DNA of 64,000 bases from Candidatus Hydrogenedentota bacterium (GTDB lineage Bacteria > Hydrogenedentota > Hydrogenedentia > Hydrogenedentales > SLHB01), in NCBI GenBank assembly GCA_963668025.2, contig CAXXTH010000017.1, forward strand, positions 1,546,230 through 1,610,229, written 5' to 3'. The position numbers were made by a program, and so were the translations under genes. This document shows, one piece after another, positions 9,718-19,480 of the stretch. Within the stretch, counting starts at the first letter, position 1. Every line of letters begins with the position of its first letter. The notes beneath the pieces are model-generated. The model was given only the letters and a program-made list of their open reading frames with translations. It was not told where the DNA came from and made no database searches.

Positions 9718-11288
9718 AGCTTTCTGCAAAAATTGCAGCCATCGAGTATGCCGGAGATGACGTGCGCGTCGCGGTGGTAAAGACGGGGGGCCGAAGGCCG
9801 GAGCTTTTGCAAGGGATAGTCCGGCGGGCGGTCTATGACGATGAAGCGCATCGCCAGGATGCCTTGAGCCAGGCCACACGCGATGCGGTCTATGAGCTTC
9901 ATGCCCATCCGAATGCCTTTGTGCTATGCGCCGATAGCCGGAATTGCGTCGTGCGCTCGATCATGATTCCCCTGCGTGGGCGCGGAAAAGTCGCGTCGGC
10001 GGTCCAATTTGAACTAGAGCCGTTCCTGGCGTTCCCAATTGAAGAATTGGTGGTGGACCATAGCATCATCCGGGAAGTGGAGGGGCAGACGGAAGTGCTG
10101 GCCGTGGGGATGCGCAAAACGGCTGTGGAAGAACAGCTCACGCTCACTCGTTCGGCTGGCGTGGATCCAGAAGGTGTCGGCATTGATGCCGCAGGCTTGG
10201 TGGGCCTGTATTTATTGCATGTCGGCAATGTGAAAGGATTGCACGCCTATTTGCATGTGCGCGAAGGGGGCGGCGTTCTGGCTTTGCTGGATGGGCGGAC
10301 ATTGCTGTTTTTCCGGCATGTTTCGGTGGAACCGGCCACATTCCGAAATGATCCCGCGAGTGGGGCGCGCGAAGTGAGCAATTTCATACGCGCATTCCTG
10401 TCGACATGGCCGACGGATAAGCCGCTGCTCAGCTTGTCAGTATCGGGCATCGAGGCGGGTGTGGAACCGGAATCGCTGGCGCGGCTGGAAGAGCATCTCG
10501 GTGTCCCCGTGCAATCCATCGCACTGATGGACAAGGTAAAAGGAGTACAGCGGTCCCAGAGCGGGAAGAAAAAACTCCCGGCGCGAGGCGCTGAAACGTC
10601 CGGTGAGGTGCGTTCGGAGCCGGTCGAGATCGGTCCTGATGCGGCTTGCTTGGCGTCGGCGGCAGGTGTCGCGTTAGGCGCGGCTGGCGGCGGGCCCGCG
10701 TTTGATTTCCGGAAAGGCGAATTGGCCCAGCGAGCGCCATGGCGTGTCGTGCTGGCGCATGGCGTATTCACGCTCTTCTTGCTGCTTTGTTTGGCTGCGG
10801 TAGGGATAGGATATGGGTTTATCGATTATCGGAGCAATCAGCGGGCTCTCGATAATGCGGGGAAGCAAATTTGGGAATTATATAAAAACTCTTTTCCGGA
10901 TTCGGAATTGGCCAAAGGCGAACGGCCTGCCCAGGATGTAGGCGGCATCCTCACCATGCAGGCGTTTCAAGAACAATATGAAGCCTACCAGAAAATCGGA
11001 GCGGGATTTGATCCGCAGTTGCTGTTACGGCCTACGCTGTTGGATCTGCTGGAAGACATCAGCAAACGGATGTCAGCGGAGAAAGTGGCGCTGACCGACC
11101 TGATCATTCGCGCAAGCCGTGAGAAAAGCCAGCAGGTGACCATCATAGGTGAATTGAAAGATCCGGTGGCTGGCCGCCAGGAAATCGAGAAGCTTCGGGA
11201 ATCACCTTTGCTCACCATTACGGGAGAGCCGTTGGTGACGACAAATCAAGATGGCAAAACCACTTTTACCGTTACGGCGAAGACCTGA
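9714..11288 (+). CDS. gspL: GspL (actin-like cytoplasmic domain, TM, periplasmic domain)
   Basis: AVQFELEPFLAFPIEELVVD, VLAVG, FDFRKGELA followed by one TM; lies between gspK and gspM. Confidence 0.8.
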   Translation: MKLSAKIAAIEYAGDDVRVAVVKTGGRRPELLQGIVRRAVYDDEAHRQDALSQATRDAVYELHAHPNAFVLCADSRNCVVRSIMIPLRGRGKVASAVQFELEPFLAFPIEELVVDHSIIREVEGQTEVLAVGMRKTAVEEQLTLTRSAGVDPEGVGIDAAGLVGLYLLHVGNVKGLHAYLHVREGGGVLALLDGRTLLFFRHVSVEPATFRNDPASGAREVSNFIRAFLSTWPTDKPLLSLSVSGIEAGVEPESLARLEEHLGVPVQSIALMDKVKGVQRSQSGKKKLPARGAETSGEVRSEPVEIGPDAACLASAAGVALGAAGGGPAFDFRKGELAQRAPWRVVLAHGVFTLFLLLCLAAVGIGYGFIDYRSNQRALDNAGKQIWELYKNSFPDSELAKGERPAQDVGGILTMQAFQEQYEAYQKIGAGFDPQLLLRPTLLDLLEDISKRMSAEKVALTDLIIRASREKSQQVTIIGELKDPVAGRQEIEKLRESPLLTITGEPLVTTNQDGKTTFTVTAKT

Positions 11289-11327
11289 ACAAGCATGCCG
11301 CGTTGAGCGGCCCGAGGAGAACATGCG

Positions 11328-11840
11328 GTGGGATTGCAGCGACTAGAAAAACGCGAACGGACGGTTTTAGCCGTAGGTGCGTTGGCGGCCGTGCTATTGC
11401 TGGGCTTTTGGCTAATACAGGGCCCCATGGAAATGTATAAACGGAGCAAAGCCCAGCTAACGCTGGTTCAAACTAATCTACAGCAGGCCGAGAAAATAGC
11501 GGAAACCATCCAGGCGGCGCGAAAAGGCCGGGAGGCGGTGGACAAACTTATCGCCGTACGGGGCGCTTCTTATAATTTGTATACCGCCATTTATCGAGCC
11601 GTGCAATCCGTGGGAATGACCGACCGGGCAGTTATCACGAGCATACCAAAAGAAATGACGGGCGCTTCCGCAGTGCGCTTGACCCTGAATGGCGTCAGCA
11701 TGGAAGAACTCGTGGACTTGCTTTATGGTATTCAATCCGCGGATAAATTGGTTGTATTGCATGAAGTAACCCACCTCCAGCCTTCCAAGGATGGAAAAGG
11801 TTTGGAATGTAACTTGGTCTTGGTGACGCCTACCGCTTGA
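11328..11840 (+). CDS. gspM: GspM-like protein
   Basis: LEKRERTVL then TM, coiled coil and VRLTLNGVSMEELVDLL ferredoxin-like domain; GAGGAG SD before GTG. Confidence 0.8.
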   Translation: MGLQRLEKRERTVLAVGALAAVLLLGFWLIQGPMEMYKRSKAQLTLVQTNLQQAEKIAETIQAARKGREAVDKLIAVRGASYNLYTAIYRAVQSVGMTDRAVITSIPKEMTGASAVRLTLNGVSMEELVDLLYGIQSADKLVVLHEVTHLQPSKDGKGLECNLVLVTPTA

Positions 11841-12156
11841 CGCCGGGCTGGTTTTGGAGCGCCTATTTAAACGCTGCGTTGCAGTAGCGCGCTCATGATG
11901 GCCATTGAGCATGGCGCCTCTTTGGCTTTCAATAGTCAGTGAACCCGTGCGGCTTGACTTTCCCCGCGTTCTCAGTAAGAATGGGATGTTGCCCTTGCCC
12001 TGCCTGGCCTAAGGGGTGAAGCGCCATGGTTTTCGGGGCGTATCGAGCCGAAGAGTAGGCCGCCATGACGCCGAAGGCAGATGAAGGGGCGGGATATTTA
12101 GTTGACTTCGAAGTCGATAAGTCTAGTATTATCAAGACCATATAGCAGTATTTACA

Positions 12157-12186
12157 TTGACAAAGTGAATCCCTATTTGGTACATT
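12157..12186 (+). promoter_or_regulatory. Sigma70-type promoter for the pilus operon
   Basis: TTGACA (12157-12162), 18-bp spacer, extended TGn then TACATT (12181-12186) in an AT-rich spacer upstream of pilB. Confidence 0.6.
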
Positions 12187-12228
12187 GTGGTTGGGCCTAC
12201 TCGAAAGGGTTCTAACGTGGTGCAATCG

Positions 12229-14067
12229 ATGTATAAGCGATTTGGTGAGTTGCTTGTGGAGCGTGCGGTTATCTCGCAACTGCAACTAGATGAAGCGTTG
12301 CACAAGCAAAAGATCGCGAAAACCCATCGCCGAATAGGCGAAGTGTTGATGAAGCTGGGTTACATCAGTAAAAACCACATCATCGAGTGTTTGTCCATCC
12401 AGCTCGGTATTCCCATCGTAAAGCTCTCTGACCGTGAAATCTCCGAACGCACCCGCAATCTGGTTGATCCAAACATTGCCACATTATACCGGGTGATCCC
12501 TGTTGAAGAGCGGGGCCGCACGATCGTGCTGGCCATGGAAGACCCCACCAACATTAACAATCTGGACAATCTTTCCCGGTTGCTGGATCGGACGGTCGAG
12601 CCGGTGCTCACGACGCAGGAAGAGATCAAAACGGCGCTGACAAAATACTACGGCCTCGTCGAACAAAGCGTCGAGGGCATCTTATCCTCCATGAGCAGCG
12701 CCAACACGATGAGTACGTTAAGTAGCATGTCGAATATCGCTTCCATGAGCGCGGAGTTATCCGTCGGCGCGGATATCGACCTAGACGATCTGGAAGGGGA
12801 TGGGCTAGACAGCGGCGGCGACGGGAATTTATTGGACGATGATGAGGATATGAATAGCCCCGTGGTGCGTTATGTACACCGGCTCATATCCGAAGCCTTC
12901 CGCTTGCGGGCGAGTGATATTCATATCGAACCAGGAAAGCTGGATTTAAAGGTGCGGTACCGCATTGACGGCGTGCTGCATCAAATGAAGCGCCCTCCCA
13001 AGCGCGCGCAGGCGGCGATTATTTCCCGCCTGAAAATTATGTCGGGCATGGACATCGCGGAACGGCGCATTCCCCAAGACGGACGTATCAAAATACCGGT
13101 TTCGGGCAAAATGCTCGATTTACGTGTAAGCTGCCTGCCGTCCGTATATGGCGAGACGGTCGTGATGCGTATTCTGGATAAATCCGGGCTGACGCTAGGA
13201 TTGGGGCAGCTCGGTTTTTGTGCGGAACACCAAAAGACATGGGAAGAGCTGCTAGGCCAAGGCACGGGCATCATGCTGGTGACCGGTCCTACCGGTTCGG
13301 GTAAAACGACGACCCTGTATGCCTCGCTTCACAAACTAAACACGCCTGAAAACAAGCTGATTACCGTGGAAGATCCTGTCGAGTATATGATGGATGGGAT
13401 CAACCAGGTGCAGATCAACCATGAAATTCAATGGACATTCGCCCGGGCGCTACGCGCCATTTTCCGTATGGACCCGGATATCTGCATGGTGGGTGAAATC
13501 CGCGACTTGGAGACGGCGGAAATCGCCGTGCGCGCGGCTCTGACAGGGCATTTGGTGTTCTCTACCTTGCACACGAATGATGCGCCGAGCGCGTTCATCC
13601 GCTTGATCGACATGGGCGTGAAGCCCTTCCTGGTGGCCTCCAGCGTCCGGGTGGTGCTGGCGCAGCGCTTGGTGCGCACCATCTGTACGAATTGCAAAGA
13701 GCCGCGCAAGCCCACGCAATTACAGATGGACCGGCTCATGCTTCCCGTGGATTCAAATCATGTAGAGCTGTTCGCGGGAGCGGGATGCGAGAATTGCGGT
13801 GGAACAGGATATCAAGGGCGGCTGGGTGTGTATGAGCTGCTGATGACGACCGATAATCTGCGCCGGATGATCATGGAAGGTTCTTCCTCGGGCGTCCTTC
13901 GCCGGCAGGCGCGCGTAGAGGGAATGGTCACGCTGCGCGAGGATGCCTGGCAGAAGGCGCTCAATGGGATCACCTCCATCGAGGAAGTGCTGCGCGTGAC
14001 GCAAGCGGATGATCCGACCGTGAAGCGGGCCGTAGCGGCGGCCCCGTCGGAACTGGTGCCTGCATAA
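12229..14067 (+). CDS. pilB: PilB/GspE-family extension ATPase 1 with MshEN-like N-terminus
   Basis: KRFGELLV...[48 protein letters not shown], tetra-Cys motif. Start approximate. Confidence 0.9.
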   Translation: MYKRFGELLVERAVISQLQLDEALHKQKIAKTHRRIGEVLMKLGYISKNHIIECLSIQLGIPIVKLSDREISERTRNLVDPNIATLYRVIPVEERGRTIVLAMEDPTNINNLDNLSRLLDRTVEPVLTTQEEIKTALTKYYGLVEQSVEGILSSMSSANTMSTLSSMSNIASMSAELSVGADIDLDDLEGDGLDSGGDGNLLDDDEDMNSPVVRYVHRLISEAFRLRASDIHIEPGKLDLKVRYRIDGVLHQMKRPPKRAQAAIISRLKIMSGMDIAERRIPQDGRIKIPVSGKMLDLRVSCLPSVYGETVVMRILDKSGLTLGLGQLGFCAEHQKTWEELLGQGTGIMLVTGPTGSGKTTTLYASLHKLNTPENKLITVEDPVEYMMDGINQVQINHEIQWTFARALRAIFRMDPDICMVGEIRDLETAEIAVRAALTGHLVFSTLHTNDAPSAFIRLIDMGVKPFLVASSVRVVLAQRLVRTICTNCKEPRKPTQLQMDRLMLPVDSNHVELFAGAGCENCGGTGYQGRLGVYELLMTTDNLRRMIMEGSSSGVLRRQARVEGMVTLREDAWQKALNGITSIEEVLRVTQADDPTVKRAVAAAPSELVPA

Positions 14068-14077
14068 GCAAATAAAG

Positions 14078-14120
14078 GCCGCGCCAAGCCCGCTTTTGGG
14101 TGGGCGGGCAGGCGCGTGGC
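14078..14120 (+). other. GC-rich intergenic hairpin between pilB and pilT
   Basis: gccgcgcc-aa-gcccgc ... gcgggc-a-ggcgcgtggc; no clear U tract. Confidence 0.4.
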
Positions 14121-14160
14121 GGCGTTTGGTTGAGATGATTTGATCACAGGAGGTGTTTCC

Positions 14161-15288
14161 ATGGCCTACGAGATGGTTCCGCTGCTGCGGATGCTGATCG
14201 ATCGGGAAGGTTCGGACTTGCATCTGGCGGTTGGGAATCCGCCGGTCGGGCGTGTGCATGGCCACTTGCAGTTTTTCGGCGAGGATGTGTTGAAGCCGGA
14301 GGACACAGAGCGCTTGATGAAAAGCATTGCTTCCGTGGACAACCAGCAGGAGCTTCAGGAAGTAGGAGGTTCGGACTTCGGGTTCGCCTTCGAAGACGTA
14401 GCCCGCTTCCGTGTGTCTATCTTCAAGCAGAAAGGCAATGTAGGGCTGGTTCTTCGCTTGATCCCGAACAAAATCATGTCGTTCGAGGAGATCGGCCTGC
14501 CGCAGAGCTTGAAGAGCGTTATTACCCAGCCGCGCGGATTGATCCTCGTGACAGGCCCGACGGGTTCCGGTAAAACAACCAGTCTCGCCACCATGTTGGA
14601 CTATTTGAATATCTCTTTCGATAATCACATTATCACGATTGAAGACCCCATCGAGTATTACCATAAGCACAAAAAGAGCATTATCACTCAGCGCGAGGTA
14701 GGGGTGGATGTGCCGACTTTCCCGGAGGCGATCCGGCGCGCATTGCGCCAAGACCCGGATATCATCCTGGTGGGTGAAATGCGTGACTTGGAAACGATTG
14801 AATCCGCTGTTACGGCGGCTGAAACAGGCCACTTGGTGTTTGGCACGCTGCATACCACGGGCGCGGTGCGCACCATTGACCGCCTTATCGACGCATTCCC
14901 GACGACCCAGCAGGAGCAGATCCGCACCCAGCTCGCCGGTAACCTGAAGTCGGTGATTTCCCAGACGCTGATTCCGAAAAAGTCCGGTTTCGGTCGTGTG
15001 GCGGCGTTCGAGGTGATGATCACGACACCCGCCATCCAGAACCTAATCCGCGAGAACAAGTCGTATCGTATTACATCGTCCATCCAAACCGGGCACAAGT
15101 ATGGCATGTGCTTGCTGGATGAGCATTTGCTGGCATTATTCCGCCGCGGGGTGATCAAATACGAGGATGCCTTATCGCGCGCGCAGCAGCCGGATGAGTT
15201 TGAGACGAATGCGCGGCAATATGGCGCGGGCGGTGATGACAAAGGACAGGCGGGGCAGCCGCGCGTGAAAACCGCGTTGGAATCATGA
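14161..15288 (+). CDS. pilT: Pilus retraction ATPase PilT
   Basis: [53 protein letters not shown] (PilT AIRNLIRE motif); AGGAGGT SD before ATG 14161. Confidence 0.95.
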   Translation: MAYEMVPLLRMLIDREGSDLHLAVGNPPVGRVHGHLQFFGEDVLKPEDTERLMKSIASVDNQQELQEVGGSDFGFAFEDVARFRVSIFKQKGNVGLVLRLIPNKIMSFEEIGLPQSLKSVITQPRGLILVTGPTGSGKTTSLATMLDYLNISFDNHIITIEDPIEYYHKHKKSIITQREVGVDVPTFPEAIRRALRQDPDIILVGEMRDLETIESAVTAAETGHLVFGTLHTTGAVRTIDRLIDAFPTTQQEQIRTQLAGNLKSVISQTLIPKKSGFGRVAAFEVMITTPAIQNLIRENKSYRITSSIQTGHKYGMCLLDEHLLALFRRGVIKYEDALSRAQQPDEFETNARQYGAGGDDKGQAGQPRVKTALES

Positions 15289-15297
15289 GGTGGTTTG

Positions 15298-17046
15298 ATG
15301 GCGGTGTTGACGAAGCATAAGAAGCGTTTGGGCGAAATATTGGTCGATCTAGGGGTTGTAAGCCCCCTTGAAATCGATGAAGCGCTCGAACGCCAGCGCC
15401 TTAATGGCGAGCTGTTGGGCCGCATCCTCGTGGACATGCAGCTCTGCGAAGAGCAAGACATCGTCGAAGCGCTGGGCGTGCAGTCGGGCATGGAGCGGGT
15501 GGACATCAATAAGATGCAAGTGTCCGACGAAGTGCTGAGCTTGGTTCCGGCGGATATGGCGCGGTTTTATAATGTGGCGCCTGTGCGCATGCGCGATGGC
15601 GTCCTCACTGTGGCCATGGCGGACCCATTGAACCTGAGCGTATTGGACGATCTGCGCCAAGTTTTGGGGCGCAAAATCGAGGGAGCGGTTAGCAATCCCC
15701 ACGATGTCCATGAGTTTATCGCCAATAATTACTCCAGCCAAACCAATAGCATCGAAGATACGTTGTCGGATCTGGCGGCCCGGGTTGGCGAGAACGATTT
15801 GACGGCCGAAGAACTGGGCACGCAACAGCTTATCGGCGAAGACGAAAGCTTGGTCGCGCTGGCGCAAGAGCCGGAAATTATCCGGCTCGTGAACACCGTG
15901 ATGATGTATGCCGTCCAGCACCGGGCGTCCGATATTCACTTCGAGACCTTCGAGGATGATTTTCGCATCCGGGTCCGCGTGGATGGTGTGCTGCATGAAA
16001 TCGGTTCGTATCCCAAGTCCATGGCCCTCGCCCTTATTTCCCGCGTGAAAGTCATGTGCAACATGGATATCAGCGAACGGCGTTTTCCGCAGGACGCGCG
16101 TATCTCGCTTGGGGTGGGCGAATCCGAGATCGATATCCGCGTGGCGTCGCTCCCGACGCTGTGGGGCGAATCCATCGTGATGCGTATCCTCGACCGGAGC
16201 GCGGTGCAGCTATCGCTCGAGAAATTGGGCTTCCCGCTGGATTTGCAGAAGCGCATCGATGAGGTGATCCACCGGCCAAATGGCATTTTCCTAGTGACCG
16301 GCCCCACGGGTTCGGGTAAAACCACGACGCTATATGGCTGCTTGGATATTTTAAACCAGCCTGATGTGAAGATTATCACCACGGAAGACCCCGTCGAGCT
16401 TCAGATCGACCGGGTCGTGCAGATCAGTGTGCGGGAAGATGTGGGCTTGACGTTCGCGGCCTGCTTGCGGTCTATCCTGCGCCAAGACCCCGATATCGTG
16501 ATGGTCGGTGAAGTGCGCGACTTGGAGACGGCGGAGATTGCCGTCCAGGCCTCGCTGACCGGCCACTTGGTGCTGAGCACGTTGCATACGAATAGCGCGC
16601 CGGAGACCATCACCCGCTTGCTGGATATGGACCTCGAACCTTTCTTGATCACGTCGTCGCTGACGGCCGTGCTGGCGCAGCGGCTTGTGCGGACACTCTG
16701 CCGCCATTGCCGACAGCCATATCAGCCCGATGAGGAAGAGATGGAGCTGCTGGGCTTGCCGCTTTCCTGGCGGCAAGATCCCAAGCTGCGCTTTTTCCGT
16801 CCGGTGGGCTGTCCCGCCTGTGATTTCGTAGGGTATATGGGGCGCGTAGGCCTGTATGAATTGCTCGAACTGGATGAAAAGCTATGCGATATGATTTTAG
16901 CGCGTTCGATGGCGCATGAACTCCGGCGCTATGCGCGGCGGAAGCTCGGCATGCGCACGTTGCGTGAAGAAGGTTTGATCAAATGCATGCAAGGCATCAC
17001 GAGCACGTCGGAAATTATAGTGCATACGGATCGGTATGATGACTGA
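15298..17046 (+). CDS. pilB: PilB/GspE-family extension ATPase 2 with MshEN domain
   Basis: [61 protein letters not shown]...CPAC. Confidence 0.9.
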   Translation: MAVLTKHKKRLGEILVDLGVVSPLEIDEALERQRLNGELLGRILVDMQLCEEQDIVEALGVQSGMERVDINKMQVSDEVLSLVPADMARFYNVAPVRMRDGVLTVAMADPLNLSVLDDLRQVLGRKIEGAVSNPHDVHEFIANNYSSQTNSIEDTLSDLAARVGENDLTAEELGTQQLIGEDESLVALAQEPEIIRLVNTVMMYAVQHRASDIHFETFEDDFRIRVRVDGVLHEIGSYPKSMALALISRVKVMCNMDISERRFPQDARISLGVGESEIDIRVASLPTLWGESIVMRILDRSAVQLSLEKLGFPLDLQKRIDEVIHRPNGIFLVTGPTGSGKTTTLYGCLDILNQPDVKIITTEDPVELQIDRVVQISVREDVGLTFAACLRSILRQDPDIVMVGEVRDLETAEIAVQASLTGHLVLSTLHTNSAPETITRLLDMDLEPFLITSSLTAVLAQRLVRTLCRHCRQPYQPDEEEMELLGLPLSWRQDPKLRFFRPVGCPACDFVGYMGRVGLYELLELDEKLCDMILARSMAHELRRYARRKLGMRTLREEGLIKCMQGITSTSEIIVHTDRYDD

Positions 17047-17075
17047 GCAGGCCATGGCGGCAATAGGAGGCGGCG

Positions 17076-18335
17076 ATGCCGAAGTTTTTCTATAAGGCGA
17101 TCAACAAGGACGGCAAAGAGTCTTTTGGCGTCCTGGATGCGGATACGCAGGGATTGGCCATTAATGATGTGCGCTCGATGGGCCTCTATCCGACGATGGT
17201 GCGCCAGGCGACCAAGGCCGATCAAAAACGCGCCCGGAATAAAGGCAAAGGCTTCTCGCTCAACGAGTTGTATTTGGGCGGCGCGAACACGAAACAGATC
17301 GTGGTGATGACCCGCCAGTTGGCGACCCTGATTGATGCGGGCCTTCCGCTCCTGCGTAGCTTGAATGTGCTGATCGCACAGCAAAAACCCTCGAAGCTGC
17401 GGGATATCCTGTATGAAGTGACGTCGGACATTCAGGGCGGCGCGACGCTGTCCGAGGCCTTCTCTAAGCATCCCCGGCAGTTTGATAAACTGTATGTGAA
17501 CATGGTGCGCGCCGGTGAAGTGGGCGGCATGCTCGAGGCGGTGTTGAACCGACTGGCCATGTTCATGGAGCGCCGCCAAGCCTTGAAACGGCGCGTGCGC
17601 GCGGCCATGGTGTATCCGTCATTCGTTATCGTCATCGCCACGGCCATCGTGCTGTTTTTGATTGTGTACATCGTGCCGAATTTCGCATCCATATTCGCGG
17701 ATTTGGGCGCGAAACTGCCGTGGATGACGCGGTTCTTAATGGACGCGGGCGACTTTGTTATTTATCAATGGTGGAAACTATCGCTGTATTTCAATGGCGG
17801 GATTATCGCGCTCAAAATCGCGTTGAAACCTCATTTTATGAAACGCATTGCGGACCGGGTGGTCCTTCGGGTGCCGCTCATTGGAGATCTGGTGATCAAA
17901 GTGGCGGTGGCCCGTTTCTCGCGCACCTTGGGCACGTTGATTACTTCCGGCGTGCCGATTTTACAATCGCTCCGTATTACAAAGGAGACAATCGGCAACG
18001 AAGTGATCGAAAACGCCATCCAGAAAGTGCATGACAGTATCAAAGAAGGCGATACGATTGCGGCTCCCCTGGATGAAGCGAAAGTGTTTCCCTCGATGGT
18101 GGTGAACATGATCGATGTAGGCGAGGAGACCGGCAGCTTGGACGCCATGTTGAGCAAGGTGGCGGACATCTATGACGCGGAAGTGGAAACGACCGTGGAC
18201 GCCTTGTTGCGATTGCTCGAGCCTGCGTTGATCGTGGTCCTGGGCGGCATCGTTGGGTTCATCGTGATTGCACTGTACCTGCCGATTTTCTCGCTGGCGG
18301 ATGTGATGAGCAACGCAAGCAGCGGCGGCAAATGA
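17076..18335 (+). CDS. pilC: Type IV pilus platform protein PilC
   Basis: TRQLATLIDAGLPL, AGEVGGMLE, FSRTLGTLITSGVPIL, VGEETGSLD, ALYLPIF; AGGAGG SD. Confidence 0.93.
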   Translation: MPKFFYKAINKDGKESFGVLDADTQGLAINDVRSMGLYPTMVRQATKADQKRARNKGKGFSLNELYLGGANTKQIVVMTRQLATLIDAGLPLLRSLNVLIAQQKPSKLRDILYEVTSDIQGGATLSEAFSKHPRQFDKLYVNMVRAGEVGGMLEAVLNRLAMFMERRQALKRRVRAAMVYPSFVIVIATAIVLFLIVYIVPNFASIFADLGAKLPWMTRFLMDAGDFVIYQWWKLSLYFNGGIIALKIALKPHFMKRIADRVVLRVPLIGDLVIKVAVARFSRTLGTLITSGVPILQSLRITKETIGNEVIENAIQKVHDSIKEGDTIAAPLDEAKVFPSMVVNMIDVGEETGSLDAMLSKVADIYDAEVETTVDALLRLLEPALIVVLGGIVGFIVIALYLPIFSLADVMSNASSGGK

Positions 18336-18363
18336 GGAAGTGAACGGGATAAGGAGCATGCAG

Positions 18364-19143
18364 ATGAAAGCAAGTCGCGGGTTTACGCTGGTGGAATTGC
18401 TGGTGGTGATTGCCATCATTTCCATCCTGGCGGCGATTGTGGTGCCGCGCCTGACAGGCTGGATAGATAAGGCCAATATGACTAAAGCGGTCGCGGAAGT
18501 AAACAATATTGAATTGTCCGTGCAAGCGATGCTGGCGGATTCAGGCCGCGCGAGTTTTAGCGACATGCTGACGCGGGATGGCCTCGAAGCGATCAAGAAT
18601 GATCCGACAGTAGGCAGCGATCTCATGTACGAATTGCTGCGCCTAGGGCGGAATTCCGAGCTGGCGAGAGGGGATACCACGGCGACCCCTGCTGTCGCGG
18701 GCTATATCCAAACGCCCGTCCTCAATAAGCTGAGAACCAATTATATGGATGTGCCGCTCGACCCATGGGATCAAAAGTACAAATTCTTCCCGGGCCCGTG
18801 GCAGACCGCATGGGGCACTATTGTGTTCCGGGGCTACCGCGAGAATCCGAACGCCACTCACACACGCTTCGACGTGGAGTATGATCCCGATACGGACGGC
18901 TATCTCTATACGGAAGCCATGAAGGATGAGGAAGACGAGAAGATTCCTGGCAATCCCAAGGCCGATGATGTATATGGCTTCCCGGCGTCCAAGGAATTGC
19001 CGTTCTATGTCTGGAGCACCGGCAAGAACATGATGGATGACCAGGCCTGGTCGGGGGCGTCGCCGGATCGGGGTTTTGAAGGCGGCGGCGATGACATCAA
19101 TAACTGGGATAACCAGTCGGGCTGGAGCACGTTCTACGGCTGA
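18364..19143 (+). CDS. Probable major pilin, GspG-like and enlarged
   Basis: RG/FTLVELLVVIAIISILAAIVVP, PLDPWDQKY, VWSTGKN...DDINNW; no Cys; AAGGAG SD suits ATG 18364. Confidence 0.8.
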   Translation: MKASRGFTLVELLVVIAIISILAAIVVPRLTGWIDKANMTKAVAEVNNIELSVQAMLADSGRASFSDMLTRDGLEAIKNDPTVGSDLMYELLRLGRNSELARGDTTATPAVAGYIQTPVLNKLRTNYMDVPLDPWDQKYKFFPGPWQTAWGTIVFRGYRENPNATHTRFDVEYDPDTDGYLYTEAMKDEEDEKIPGNPKADDVYGFPASKELPFYVWSTGKNMMDDQAWSGASPDRGFEGGGDDINNWDNQSGWSTFYG

Positions 19144-19175
19144 GCATGACGGGAACACTAAAACACAGCCATTCC

Positions 19176-19203
19176 GAAGCGGCGGCGGTTTGCTGCCGCT
19201 TTG
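19176..19203. repeat. REP-like family B, degenerate third copy
   Basis: gcggcggtttgctgccgcttt matches gcggcagcttgctgccgcttt at 7531; lies just 3' of the major pilin and could act as a terminator or stabiliser. Confidence 0.55.
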
Positions 19204-19480
19204 GGCGTATGGGCAAAGTTTTGGCCGGTGGTCTGCCGGCTAAGGCAATGGGTATAAACGGGTAGGCCATTTTTGGAAACTCCCTGGGGGGGAGCGATGC
19301 ATGCACAGCCACCTATGCGGAATGTGTGAGCACTGCGTTTTATGTGGGCGCTTTTGAAGTGATCTGCTGTTCATGTGGCTAGATGCCCCGAATGCAGCTT
19401 GTTTTATGGTACAAGTGGGGTAGGAAAAAGCGGAAGTCTGGACCGTGCGGACGCATGTAGGAGGTAGCGATAACGTGGAC

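Noticed and set aside
13753-14853. 366-aa minus-strand ORF and similar shadows over the ATPase genes
   Set aside because: Fully opposite well-supported pilB/pilT genes.
18300-19480. Sigma54 promoter at the pilin genes
   Set aside because: No convincing TGGCAC-N5-TTGC motif, and the major pilin follows pilC closely.
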